64,000 bases of DNA from Chitinophagales bacterium. GTDB taxonomy: Bacteria; Bacteroidota; Bacteroidia; Chitinophagales; Chitinophagaceae. Each line of letters opens with the position of its first letter. Positions within the stretch are counted from its first letter, which is position 1. Below are positions 1-7,952 of the stretch, in pieces. The notes under the pieces are model-generated. The model searched no databases. It was not told where the DNA came from and saw only the letters and a program-made list of their open reading frames with translations. The position numbers and the translations under genes were made by a program. Location: contig JBBSJJ010000001.1 of the NCBI GenBank assembly GCA_038257335.1, positions 2,589 to 66,588 of the forward strand, read 5' to 3'.

Positions 1-2
1 CC

Positions 3-434
3 GATGTGGATGGTATGCACATTCGCCTGCTATTGATGACTTTCTTCCTGCAATTTTTTCCTGACCTCGCTAAGAACGGACATGTTTATGTGCTGGAAAC
101 ACCGTTGTTTAGGGTTAGAAATAAGCAGGAAACTATTTACTGCTATGATGAAACGGAGAAGCAGGCTGCCATGAAAAAACTCGGTGCAAAGCCAGAGATC
201 ACCCGCTTTAAAGGTTTGGGTGAGATAAGCCCCAACGAATTTGCACGATTCATAAGTGTAGACATGAAGCTGCAACCATTGATCATGGAGCAGGGAGAGC
301 ACATTCAAAACCTGCTTGAATATTACATGGGAAAAAACACGCCGCAGCGCCAGGATTTTATTATAGAAAACCTCAAAGTAGAATTAGATTTGATAGAACA
401 ACCCCAAACCCCTGAAGGGGCCTTGGCTGAATGA
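3..434 (+). CDS. parE: DNA topoisomerase IV subunit B, C-terminal part (5' truncated by window edge)
   Basis: Toprim [11 protein letters not shown] motif and [12 protein letters not shown] motif of type IIA topoisomerase B subunits. The short C-terminus and nearby parC favour ParE over GyrB. Confidence 0.88.
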   Translation, partial: DVDGMHIRLLLMTFFLQFFPDLAKNGHVYVLETPLFRVRNKQETIYCYDETEKQAAMKKLGAKPEITRFKGLGEISPNEFARFISVDMKLQPLIMEQGEHIQNLLEYYMGKNTPQRQDFIIENLKVELDLIEQPQTPEGALAE

Positions 435-539
435 TAATAGGAGATTGCTGAAAATACAGAAACAGAATATTGCTGCAAATAAATGATAAACCTTTAAAAA
501 ATAAAGACTTCAAAAGCCCCTTCAGGGGTTTGGGGTTGT
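398..539. repeat. 24-bp perfect inverted repeat pair (REP doublet/MITE-like) with a ~94-bp spacer
   Basis: ACAACCCCAAACCCCTGAAGGGGC (398-421) is the exact reverse complement of GCCCCTTCAGGGGTTTGGGGTTGT (516-539). Each arm contains a CCCC-TGAA-GGGG mini-hairpin. Confidence 0.85.
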
Positions 540-545
540 ATTTCG

Positions 546-1340
546 ATGTACGAGTTTCATACAGACTATAAAAAATATTTTGAGATACAGCTGGCCAATG
601 CCCGGCAATGGGTGTTGCCTTTTGTGGAGCAATCAAAAAAAATTGTGCCCGGCATGCACTTGTTAGAGATTGGCTGCGGGCAGGGTTCTTTGTTAAGGGC
701 TTTTAGCGAGGCTGGCTGCATTTGTACCGGTGTAGAAATGTACCCATTATGGTTAGAAAAAGCAAACGAATGGTTACAGCCGGAGTTGCAAGCCGGCAAG
801 GTAAAACTGATAGACAGCAATATTTATGATGTAGATGCAGAGAAAGACCTGGGAACAAAATTTGACATCATTGTTTTAAAAGATGTGATAGAGCACATTC
901 ACGACCAGGAAAAACTCATTGGCTGGATGAAAAATTTTTTAAAACCCGGCGGCATTATCTTCTTTGGTTTTCCGCCCTGGCACATGCCGTACGGCGGCCA
1001 CCAGCAAATGATGCAGGGCTGGCTGGGAAAAACACCTTACTGGCATTTGCTGCCCATGCCTTTGTTTAAAAGCCTCATGCGTGCCAACAAGCAATATTCC
1101 GAAGACCTGGTAGAGATCAAAGAAACAGGCATCACCATCGAACGCTTCGAAACTATTTTAAAGAAAACGGGTTACAAAATATTGCAGCAAAAACACTGGC
1201 TCATCAACCCGGTGTATGAATATAAATTTGGATGGAGGCCGAGGGTGCAGTTTCAATTGATAAAAGCCATTCCTTACATCCGTAATTTTTTTACCACAGC
1301 GGTGTATTACATCATTGCTGAAAACACACCAACAAAATAA
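546..1340 (+). CDS. Class I SAM-dependent methyltransferase (UbiG-like fold)
   Basis: LLEIGCGQG SAM-binding motif I and FDIIVLKDVIEHI...LKPGG motifs. Confidence 0.85.
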   Translation: MYEFHTDYKKYFEIQLANARQWVLPFVEQSKKIVPGMHLLEIGCGQGSLLRAFSEAGCICTGVEMYPLWLEKANEWLQPELQAGKVKLIDSNIYDVDAEKDLGTKFDIIVLKDVIEHIHDQEKLIGWMKNFLKPGGIIFFGFPPWHMPYGGHQQMMQGWLGKTPYWHLLPMPLFKSLMRANKQYSEDLVEIKETGITIERFETILKKTGYKILQQKHWLINPVYEYKFGWRPRVQFQLIKAIPYIRNFFTTAVYYIIAENTPTK

Positions 1341-1363
1341 TTAACCAACAACCAATAAAATAA

Positions 1364-2194
1364 ATGATTCATATAGTTTTTAATGAAGCCGATGTTAAGG
1401 TATTGCAAGAAGCCATTGCCATGGATGAAAGTTTAGCTGCCGGGGCAAGCCTCACAGGCGAAGTAATTCAAATAAAGGATGATTATGCAGTTGGTCCTTT
1501 GCATAATATTTACGTAGGAGAGGGCATCAATGCCCGCAAAGACTGGTGGAAAGAAGTGTTACAAGGCGGCGACTATGAAGGTAAAGTGGAGATTGGCGAA
1601 GTGGATGATACTAAGACTGCCGCCGAACTGGTGGGCACCATGCGCCGCAACGAAGAAGAACAGATTTGGATATGGGCAGCCCAAAATAAACACGATGTGA
1701 GCGGTTACTACTGGCTCCTGAATTATATGAAAGAATTCCAGGGACGGGTACACATTCTTTACCTGAACAATCTTCCCTTCTTCAATGACAAGGGGCATAT
1801 ATTTTACCCCAACTGGCTCAGTGAAATTCCGGCTAAAGAATTTTTAAAAGCCAAAAAACTGGCCAGGGAAATTACCCTGAGCGAATTTGAAGTAGACCCC
1901 GACGAGTGGACGAAAATCTGCAACGAGCACAAGGGCGTACGTTTCCTGGAAGGTGGCAAAAAGCTGGTGCAGCATGATTATGATTTTTATGACAGCGAAC
2001 TGAAGAAATTTATATCAGCCGATTGGCAAAGAGCATCTAAAATCATCAACCAGTTTTTGAGCAAAGCCAAAGAAACCACCGGGGATGCCTACATTTTGTG
2101 GAGATTGAAAACTATGATAGCGCAGGATATGTTTGATGTGCAGGGTAAAATAGAGAACATGAAAGATTTTGAAGTAAAATTAAAAAGCGCATGA
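1364..2194 (+). CDS. DUF1835-domain protein (probable C-terminal DUF3658-like region)
   Basis: N-terminal MIHIVFNE, DDYAVGPL and IWIWAAQNKHDVSGYYW patterns typical of DUF1835 proteins. Confidence 0.7.
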   Translation: MIHIVFNEADVKVLQEAIAMDESLAAGASLTGEVIQIKDDYAVGPLHNIYVGEGINARKDWWKEVLQGGDYEGKVEIGEVDDTKTAAELVGTMRRNEEEQIWIWAAQNKHDVSGYYWLLNYMKEFQGRVHILYLNNLPFFNDKGHIFYPNWLSEIPAKEFLKAKKLAREITLSEFEVDPDEWTKICNEHKGVRFLEGGKKLVQHDYDFYDSELKKFISADWQRASKIINQFLSKAKETTGDAYILWRLKTMIAQDMFDVQGKIENMKDFEVKLKSA

Positions 2195-2577
2195 AAATAA
2201 AAGGCATTCATCATGTGGCCATTTTAACCGACGACTATGAAACCAGTAAAACTTTTTATACCGGCGTCTTAGGTTTCAGTATTGTTAGAGAAACCTTTAG
2301 AGAAGATAGAAAATCTTACAAACTAGACATGGCCATCGATGGCTTGTACCAAATTGAATTGTTTTCGTTTCCCGAATATAAGGAGCGGGCTTCTTTTCCC
2401 GAGGCAAAGGGATTGCGGCATTTGGCTTTTGCGGTAGAGGACATTGAAGCGGCTGTAGATCACTTAATAGAAAAAGGGGTTGACGTGCAGGGTATAAGAG
2501 AGGATGAATTAACCAACAAAAAGTTCTGTTTTTTTTACGATCCTAACGGGCAACCGTTGGAATTGTATGAGGTATGA
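2191..2577 (+). CDS. VOC/glyoxalase family protein (YwkD-like)
   Basis: IHHVAI, GLRHLAFAVEDI and FFYDPNGQPLELYE metal-binding VOC motifs. The start overlaps the upstream stop (ATGA). Confidence 0.88.
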   Translation: MKIKGIHHVAILTDDYETSKTFYTGVLGFSIVRETFREDRKSYKLDMAIDGLYQIELFSFPEYKERASFPEAKGLRHLAFAVEDIEAAVDHLIEKGVDVQGIREDELTNKKFCFFYDPNGQPLELYEV

Positions 2578-2585
2578 GGCAGCGG

Positions 2586-3014
2586 TTCGGTTGCGCTCCT
2601 AAGGAGCGCTGGGATGTTCTCAACCTTTAATGCTACAAAGGTTTTGCCCCGATGGGGCAAGGTTCGAATGTCTAAAAGCCAATGGGTGATTTGTGCTGCT
2701 CCTTAGGAGCAGAACCTTTGTAGCATTGCGAATTTAGATTCCGCCGTGCTCCTTAGGAGCAGCACCTTTGTAGTTCGGTTGCGCTTCTAAGGAGCGCTGG
2801 GATATTCTCAACCTTTTGATGCTACAAAGGTTTTGCCCCGATGGGGCAATGTTTGAATGTCTCAAAGCCAATGGGTGATTTGTGCTGCTCCTTAGGATCA
2901 AAACCTTTGTAGCATTGCGAATTTAGATTCCGCCGTGCTCCTTAGGAGCAGCACCTTTGTAGGGGTAGAAAATTTAGATTGCGCCCTGCTCCTTAGGAGC
3001 AGAACCTTTGTAGC
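2586..3014. repeat. Array of REP-like palindromes, organised as a ~188-bp tandem duplication plus one extra unit
   Basis: Five forward units GCTCCTTAGGAGC-AG(A/C)ACCTTTGTAG at 2698, 2748, 2887 (degenerate), 2937 and 2988. Two reverse units GCTACAAAGGTTTTGCCCCGATGGGGC at 2632 and 2821. Two bare hairpins GCGCTCCTAAGGAGCGC at 2593 and 2781 (second degenerate). 2586-2773 is repeated as 2774-2962. Confidence 0.92.
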
Positions 3015-3064
3015 GTTTGTAGAAAATCGTATTTTGGATAATAAATTTTTTAAATTAATTCCAT

Positions 3065-3526
3065 ATGCCAAATACATATACCCAGCTGTTAGTACAGTTG
3101 GTATTTGCAGTAAAAGGCCGTGAAAGTTTAATAAAAGAACCAATCCGGGAGAGGGTTGAAAAATACATATGCGGTATTGCAACCCAGAAAAAGCATAAGC
3201 CACTGGCCATTTATTGCATGCCAGATCATTTACATTTTTTGATTGGTATGAATCCCAATCAGTCGATAGCTGATGTTGTAAAACAAATTAAAATCAGCTC
3301 CAATAGTGTTGTAAACGATAACCATTTAACCAAACATCCATTCTCCTGGCAGGAATCGTATGGCGCTTTTTCGTATTCAAAATCGGCCCTGGACAATGTG
3401 GTTAAATATATTTTAAATCAAAAAGAGCATCACACAAAGCCAACATTCAGGGAAGAATACCTGCAGTTTCTTAAAAAATTTGACATTGAATATGACGAAA
3501 AATACCTCTTTCAATTTTTAGACTAG
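3065..3526 (+). mobile_element. tnpA: HUH (Y1) transposase, IS200/IS605 TnpA family, probably REP-associated (RAYT/TnpA-REP-like); no TnpB
   Basis: 153 aa with LVFAVKGR, MPDHLH (HUH), WQESYGAFS and catalytic-Tyr YILNQKEHH motifs. Immediately preceded by the palindrome array. Confidence 0.88.
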
Positions 3527-3575
3527 CGCAACTAAGCAGCGATATTAGGAACATAAAGAATTATATCAACAACAC

Positions 3576-6092
3576 ATGGCAAAAAAACTAAAAGAAGAAT
3601 TCTCCCACAGCGATACCGGCATCAGTGGCCAATACAAAACCTGGTTTTTAGATTATGCCAGCTATGTAATATTAGAGCGGGCCGTGCCGGCTATTGAAGA
3701 TGGTATGAAACCCGTGCAACGGCGCATACTCCATGCCATGAAAGAAATGGATGATGGGCGATACAACAAAGTGGCCAACATCATTGGGCAAAGTATGCAG
3801 TACCATCCGCATGGCGATGCCAGCATTGGTGATGCCCTGGTAAACATGGGGCAAAAAGATTTGCTCATAGATACGCAGGGAAACTGGGGTGATGTGCGCA
3901 CCGGCGATGATGCAGCAGCACCCCGTTACATAGAAGCAAGGCTGAGCAAGTTTGCGTTGGATGTGGCCTTCAATGCCAAAACCACCAACTGGCAGTTGAG
4001 CTACGACGGTCGTAAAAATGAGCCCGTGACCTTGCCCATGAAATTTCCGATGTTGCTGGCGCAAGGTGCAGAGGGTATTGCCGTAGGACTCTCAACCAAA
4101 ATTTTGCCACATAATTTTTGTGAACTCATAGATGCTTCCATCAAATATTTAAAAGGAAAAAAGTTTGAAGTGTTGCCCGATTTTCAAACGGGTGGCACCA
4201 TGGATGCCAGCGCTTACAACGAAGGCAGGCGTGGCGGCAAAGTAAGGGTAAGAGCCATCATTGAAGAGCAGGATAAAAAAACACTCATCATCAAGAGTGT
4301 ACCCTTTGGCGTTACTACCACGCAACTCATGGAAAGTATTGTGAAGGCCAACGACCAGGGAAAAATAAAGGTTAAGAAAGTCACCGACCATACGGCCGCG
4401 GCTGTAGAAATATTTATAGAGCTGGCGCCGGGCATTTCGCCGGACATAACGATTGATGCCTTGTACGCATTTACCGATTGTGAAGTGAGCATTTCTCCAA
4501 ATGCCTGCGTAATTGTAAACAAGAAGCCGCAGTTTATGGGCGTGCCGGAGTTGCTCCGAAGTTCGGCAGACAATACCAAAGACCTCTTAAAGCAAGAGTT
4601 AGAGATAAAGCTGGCGGAGCTGCAGGAGAAATGGCATTACACTTCCCTGGAAAAAATATTCTTCGAAGAAAAGATTTACAAGGAGCTGGAGAAGAAGCAT
4701 GAGACATGGGATAAAGTACTTGCGGCCATAGACAAAGCTTTTGATCCGTTTAAAAAATTGCTCAAGAGAGACATCAGCAAAGAAGATATTGTAAAGCTTA
4801 CAGAAAAGCCGGTACGCAGAATTTACCGGCTGGATATAGACGAACTGAATGCTCAGATCAAAAACCTGGAAGCAGAGATTAAACAGGTGAAGCACGACCT
4901 TGCCAACCTCGTAGATTATGCAGTAAGCTATTATGAAAACCTGTTGAAAAAATATGGCAAGGGCAGGGAAAGAAAAACAGAAGTGAAGCAGTTTGATGTG
5001 ATCCAGGCCAAGAGCGTAGCCATTGCCAACATAAAAATCTATGTAAATTTTGCAGATGGATTTGTTGGCACCGGGTTGAAGAAAGATGAACTGATTACCG
5101 AAGTGTCGGAGCTCGATGACATCATTGCCTTTACCAAGGGCGGCGTGATGAAGGTTGTAAAAGTATCTGACAAAACTTTTATTGGCAAAGATATTTTGCA
5201 TGTGGCCGTGTTTCAAAAAAACGATGAACGTACTACTTACAACTTAGTATATGCCGATGGTAAAACGGGCGTGAGTTATGCCAAGCGTTTCAATGTAACC
5301 GGCATCACCCGGGATAAAGAGTACGACCTCACCAAAGGCTCCGACAAAAGCCGGGTGTTGTATTTTTCTGCCAACGCCAACGGCGAAGCGGAAGTGGTGA
5401 AGATCATCTTAAGCCCCAACTGCAGCGCCAAGAAAAAAGAACTGGAATTTTATTTCGAAGAACTCGAAATAAAAGGGCGGGGCAGTATTGGCAACCAGGT
5501 AACAAAATACCCCATCAAATCTGTAAAGTTCAAAGAAGCCGGCCGCAGTACACTGGATGCAAAAAAGCTATGGTTCGACAATAAGTTTGGCCGCCTGAAT
5601 GCAGATGAGAAAGGGGAGTACCTCGGTAAGTTTGATGCCGAAGATCGCCTGCTCGTAATTTATACCGATGGCAACTACGAAATCATAGACCAGGAATTGA
5701 CCCAGCGTTTTGATGTAGATAAAATACTCTTGCTGGAAAAATACATGGAGAACAAAGTGATCACTGCCGTGTATTTAGACAATGAAAAACTGCAGTTCAA
5801 CATCAAGCGTTTTAAAATAGAAACCACTACGCTCAACAGTAAATTTTTCTTCATCAAAGAAGGCAGGGAAAACCGCCTCGAAGCCGTAACCACCGACGAA
5901 ACGCCGGTGCTAAAAGTGCAGACCGGCCGTGGCGCACAATCGCACCAAACCAAATTTAAAGTAGCCAGCATGGTAGAAGTCATGGGCTGGAAGGCAGTAG
6001 GCGCCAAGCTTGTAGACTTTTCGAAATCCGTAGAAATGGAGTGGGAAAAACCAGCCGAAGATAATGGCGGGCAGGGAGAATTGTTTGGGTAG
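3576..6092 (+). CDS. parC: DNA topoisomerase IV subunit A
   Basis: DGMKPVQRRILH and YHPHGDASI motifs, plus AAPRYIEARL containing the catalytic Tyr. Confidence 0.92.
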   Translation: MAKKLKEEFSHSDTGISGQYKTWFLDYASYVILERAVPAIEDGMKPVQRRILHAMKEMDDGRYNKVANIIGQSMQYHPHGDASIGDALVNMGQKDLLIDTQGNWGDVRTGDDAAAPRYIEARLSKFALDVAFNAKTTNWQLSYDGRKNEPVTLPMKFPMLLAQGAEGIAVGLSTKILPHNFCELIDASIKYLKGKKFEVLPDFQTGGTMDASAYNEGRRGGKVRVRAIIEEQDKKTLIIKSVPFGVTTTQLMESIVKANDQGKIKVKKVTDHTAAAVEIFIELAPGISPDITIDALYAFTDCEVSISPNACVIVNKKPQFMGVPELLRSSADNTKDLLKQELEIKLAELQEKWHYTSLEKIFFEEKIYKELEKKHETWDKVLAAIDKAFDPFKKLLKRDISKEDIVKLTEKPVRRIYRLDIDELNAQIKNLEAEIKQVKHDLANLVDYAVSYYENLLKKYGKGRERKTEVKQFDVIQAKSVAIANIKIYVNFADGFVGTGLKKDELITEVSELDDIIAFTKGGVMKVVKVSDKTFIGKDILHVAVFQKNDERTTYNLVYADGKTGVSYAKRFNVTGITRDKEYDLTKGSDKSRVLYFSANANGEAEVVKIILSPNCSAKKKELEFYFEELEIKGRGSIGNQVTKYPIKSVKFKEAGRSTLDAKKLWFDNKFGRLNADEKGEYLGKFDAEDRLLVIYTDGNYEIIDQELTQRFDVDKILLLEKYMENKVITAVYLDNEKLQFNIKRFKIETTTLNSKFFFIKEGRENRLEAVTTDETPVLKVQTGRGAQSHQTKFKVASMVEVMGWKAVGAKLVDFSKSVEMEWEKPAEDNGGQGELFG

Positions 6093-6096
6093 GAAG

Positions 6097-6111
6097 AAAC
6101 CCGTCGGGTTT
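6097..6111. repeat. Short perfect palindrome AAACCCGTCGGGTTT (REP-like or terminator stem) just after parC
   Basis: Self-complementary 15-mer starting 5 nt after the parC stop. Confidence 0.5.
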
Positions 6112-6170
6112 GCAGCCCGGCTTGTAGTGAGGGGCAACCTTACGGTTTTTAATTTTTGTAAAGCTGCCCT

Positions 6171-6234
6171 GTTGGGCTGAGGCACGGAGCATCTTATTCA
6201 CCCGTATAGAAGATGCTTCGTGCCTGCCAATGAC
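6171..6234. repeat. Degenerate REP-like doublet
   Basis: AGGCACGGAGCATCT (6180-6194) and AGATGCTTCGTGCCT (6211-6225) are inverted with 14/15 identity. The right arm ends in ATGAC. Confidence 0.65.
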
Positions 6235-6336
6235 AGTAATAATTAGCGAAACTTATGAAGATGGAGAATTGCAACATCGGCACTAAAAAGTAGAAAAGCA
6301 AAGCACTTGCATTTAGGTCGGCAATCATGCTGCCAG

Positions 6337-6392
6337 CCAGCATCCGGTATTCAATATCCGCCATCCAATATCAAATGCCCGCCATCCCATCT
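6337..6392. repeat. Degenerate heptanucleotide tandem array
   Basis: ccagcat ccggtat tcaatat ccgccat ccaatat caaatgc ccgccat cccatct: 7-nt period. Confidence 0.6.
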
Positions 6393-6401
6393 CATCCCCA
6401 A

Positions 6402-7388
6402 TTACCTTATATCTTTTTCCACCACACCGTTGAACCCTACTACAGAGTCGGGTAGACTACCGGAATCAATTATTTGGTGGCCGACCGGGTTGTAGCTGCG
6501 GTAGCTAAACCTTTGCGCTTCCCCAGCCGGTATCTCTATAATGCTGTAGGCTTTTTTCGCCGGTTCTGAATGGCCGATGATGGGTCTTTCGCCATCGCCA
6601 ATGCAGCCTGCATTCAAAAGGCTGAGGCCATTCTTTTTGGCAGGATACCAGGCATGCTGGTGGCCGCTGATATAAAGATCTACGTTGTTGTTTTTAAAAA
6701 AGTTCAGGGCAATGTCTGCTGCCGCAATGACCTCACCTGGTTTATTTTTTGCGCCTACAATCGGGTACAAAGGCAGGTGTCCAAGCAATATTCTCAAGCG
6801 AGCCGCATGTGCAATTTTGCTGGCTAGTTGTCCTTTCATCCATTCATATACTTCCGTGGGCACTGAGGCGCCGGCAGCATCCCAGCTAAGGAAGAAAATA
6901 TTTTTGTGCAGGTAACTAAAGTAAAATGGGTAATGGCTGCTGTCAATAAAATGCAGGTTGGTCGCCTGTACATTTTCTGTCCAGAACTGTAATGCGAGAG
7001 AGCGGTCCATTGCAAACGAAGGCGAGGCATCATGGTTGCCGAGGGTAAATCCAAAAGGGATTTTTGTTTTACTCAGCGGCAGAAGTACGGTGCTTTTAAA
7101 CCCTTGCCACATCGCCCAAATATTTTCTTCACTAAGAGATTTTTTTTGGCCGGCAACCATGTCGCCTGCGCACAATATCACGTCTGGTTTGATGCGGGCA
7201 AGTTCCGCTACCACTTCAACTACTTCCTTGTTGTAAGTGACAGAACCATAACCAGAGTTCAAATCACTGATTACGGCGATTCGCAGCGGCTTACCGTTGT
7301 TGGAGATATCTGAGGTAGTTCGGGGAGCAACGCAGCCAGCCAGGATAAACAGCATTCCCAAACCAACCGCAGGTAAAATAAATTTCAT
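6402..7388 (-). CDS. Calcineurin-like metallophosphoesterase, lipoprotein
   Basis: Lipobox ILAGC. Motifs SDLN, AGDMV, LGNHD, GHLP and SGHQH. Confidence 0.85.
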   Translation of the reverse strand: MKFILPAVGLGMLFILAGCVAPRTTSDISNNGKPLRIAVISDLNSGYGSVTYNKEVVEVVAELARIKPDVILCAGDMVAGQKKSLSEENIWAMWQGFKSTVLLPLSKTKIPFGFTLGNHDASPSFAMDRSLALQFWTENVQATNLHFIDSSHYPFYFSYLHKNIFFLSWDAAGASVPTEVYEWMKGQLASKIAHAARLRILLGHLPLYPIVGAKNKPGEVIAAADIALNFFKNNNVDLYISGHQHAWYPAKKNGLSLLNAGCIGDGERPIIGHSEPAKKAYSIIEIPAGEAQRFSYRSYNPVGHQIIDSGSLPDSVVGFNGVVEKDIR

Positions 7389-7751
7389 ACATGCAATTTA
7401 CAGTTTCCCTTCCGTCGGCAAGGATGGAGCACCTTATAAAAAGGAAGCATTCTGGAGTTTGGCGGCAACGACCCCTTTTCACTTCAGCCTATAATAGATT
7501 TTATTCACAGGAACCTTGGCTAAAACCTGCAAGGGAAAATGGCAATATGGATCTTTCTTCGGATGAAATTTATTTGCCGGTATTTTCTCTTTGCTGCCTG
7601 TAGTCTGCCTATCGGCAGATAAATTTCCACCAGCAGCGCATATCGGACAGACTACCCTCACATCTTTCGCCTTCAGCAACTTGCTATTACCAGTTTTGAC
7701 AGAATCTGCCCCGGTGGATTTGCACCGAAGTTTCTTGTAACACGGCAATCC

Positions 7752-7830
7752 CAGCATCTACAAACAGATTCCTCGTTGCGCTCCGGAAAAAATCGGGACA
7801 GGCGGGAAGACAGCACAGGTTGATCATTTG
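7752..7830 (+). repeat. 79-bp direct repeat, copy 1 (composite REP-like element)
   Basis: Matches 9044-9122 at 69/79 positions by manual alignment. Confidence 0.85.
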
Positions 7831-7899
7831 GGCCGGAGAGCCGTGGGAGCCAAGCTGGCAGACTATTCTAAAACAGTAGATATGTCATTGTGGAAGGAA

Positions 7900-7940
7900 G
7901 TGGAAGACAACGATGGGCAGGGGCGGTCATTGTCTTCCAC
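7900..7940. repeat. Hairpin GTGGAAGACAAcG...CaTTGTCTTCCAC downstream of the orphan gene (terminator or REP remnant)
   Basis: 13-bp arms with one mismatch. Confidence 0.5.
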
Positions 7941-7952
7941 AGGTCTTATAAA

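Noticed and set aside
2586-3014. CRISPR array (27-nt repeats with ~23-nt spacers, 50-nt period)
   Set aside because: The spacers are copies or variants of each other, the repeats occur in both orientations, and no cas genes are present. It fits a REP-like array better.
2898-3203. ORFs 2898-3203 (-) and 2935-3123 (+)
   Set aside because: Their repeated LLLRS peptides are just translations of the DNA palindromes, and they overlap tnpA.
3065-3576. Complete IS605-type element with TnpB or an RNA-guided nuclease
   Set aside because: parC begins 50 nt after tnpA. No tnpB ORF and no clear right-end hairpin is visible.
4599-5216. Long antisense ORFs (e.g. 4599-5216, 20345-20956, 23246-23950, 47860-48378)
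   Set aside because: They lie wholly opposite well-supported genes and show no recognisable motifs. They are shadow ORFs.
7479-7757. 92-aa ORF between the phosphoesterase and the direct repeat
   Set aside because: It is partly made of palindrome remnants (TCTGCCTATCGGCAGA) and has no recognisable motif. It could be a gene scar but I cannot support it.
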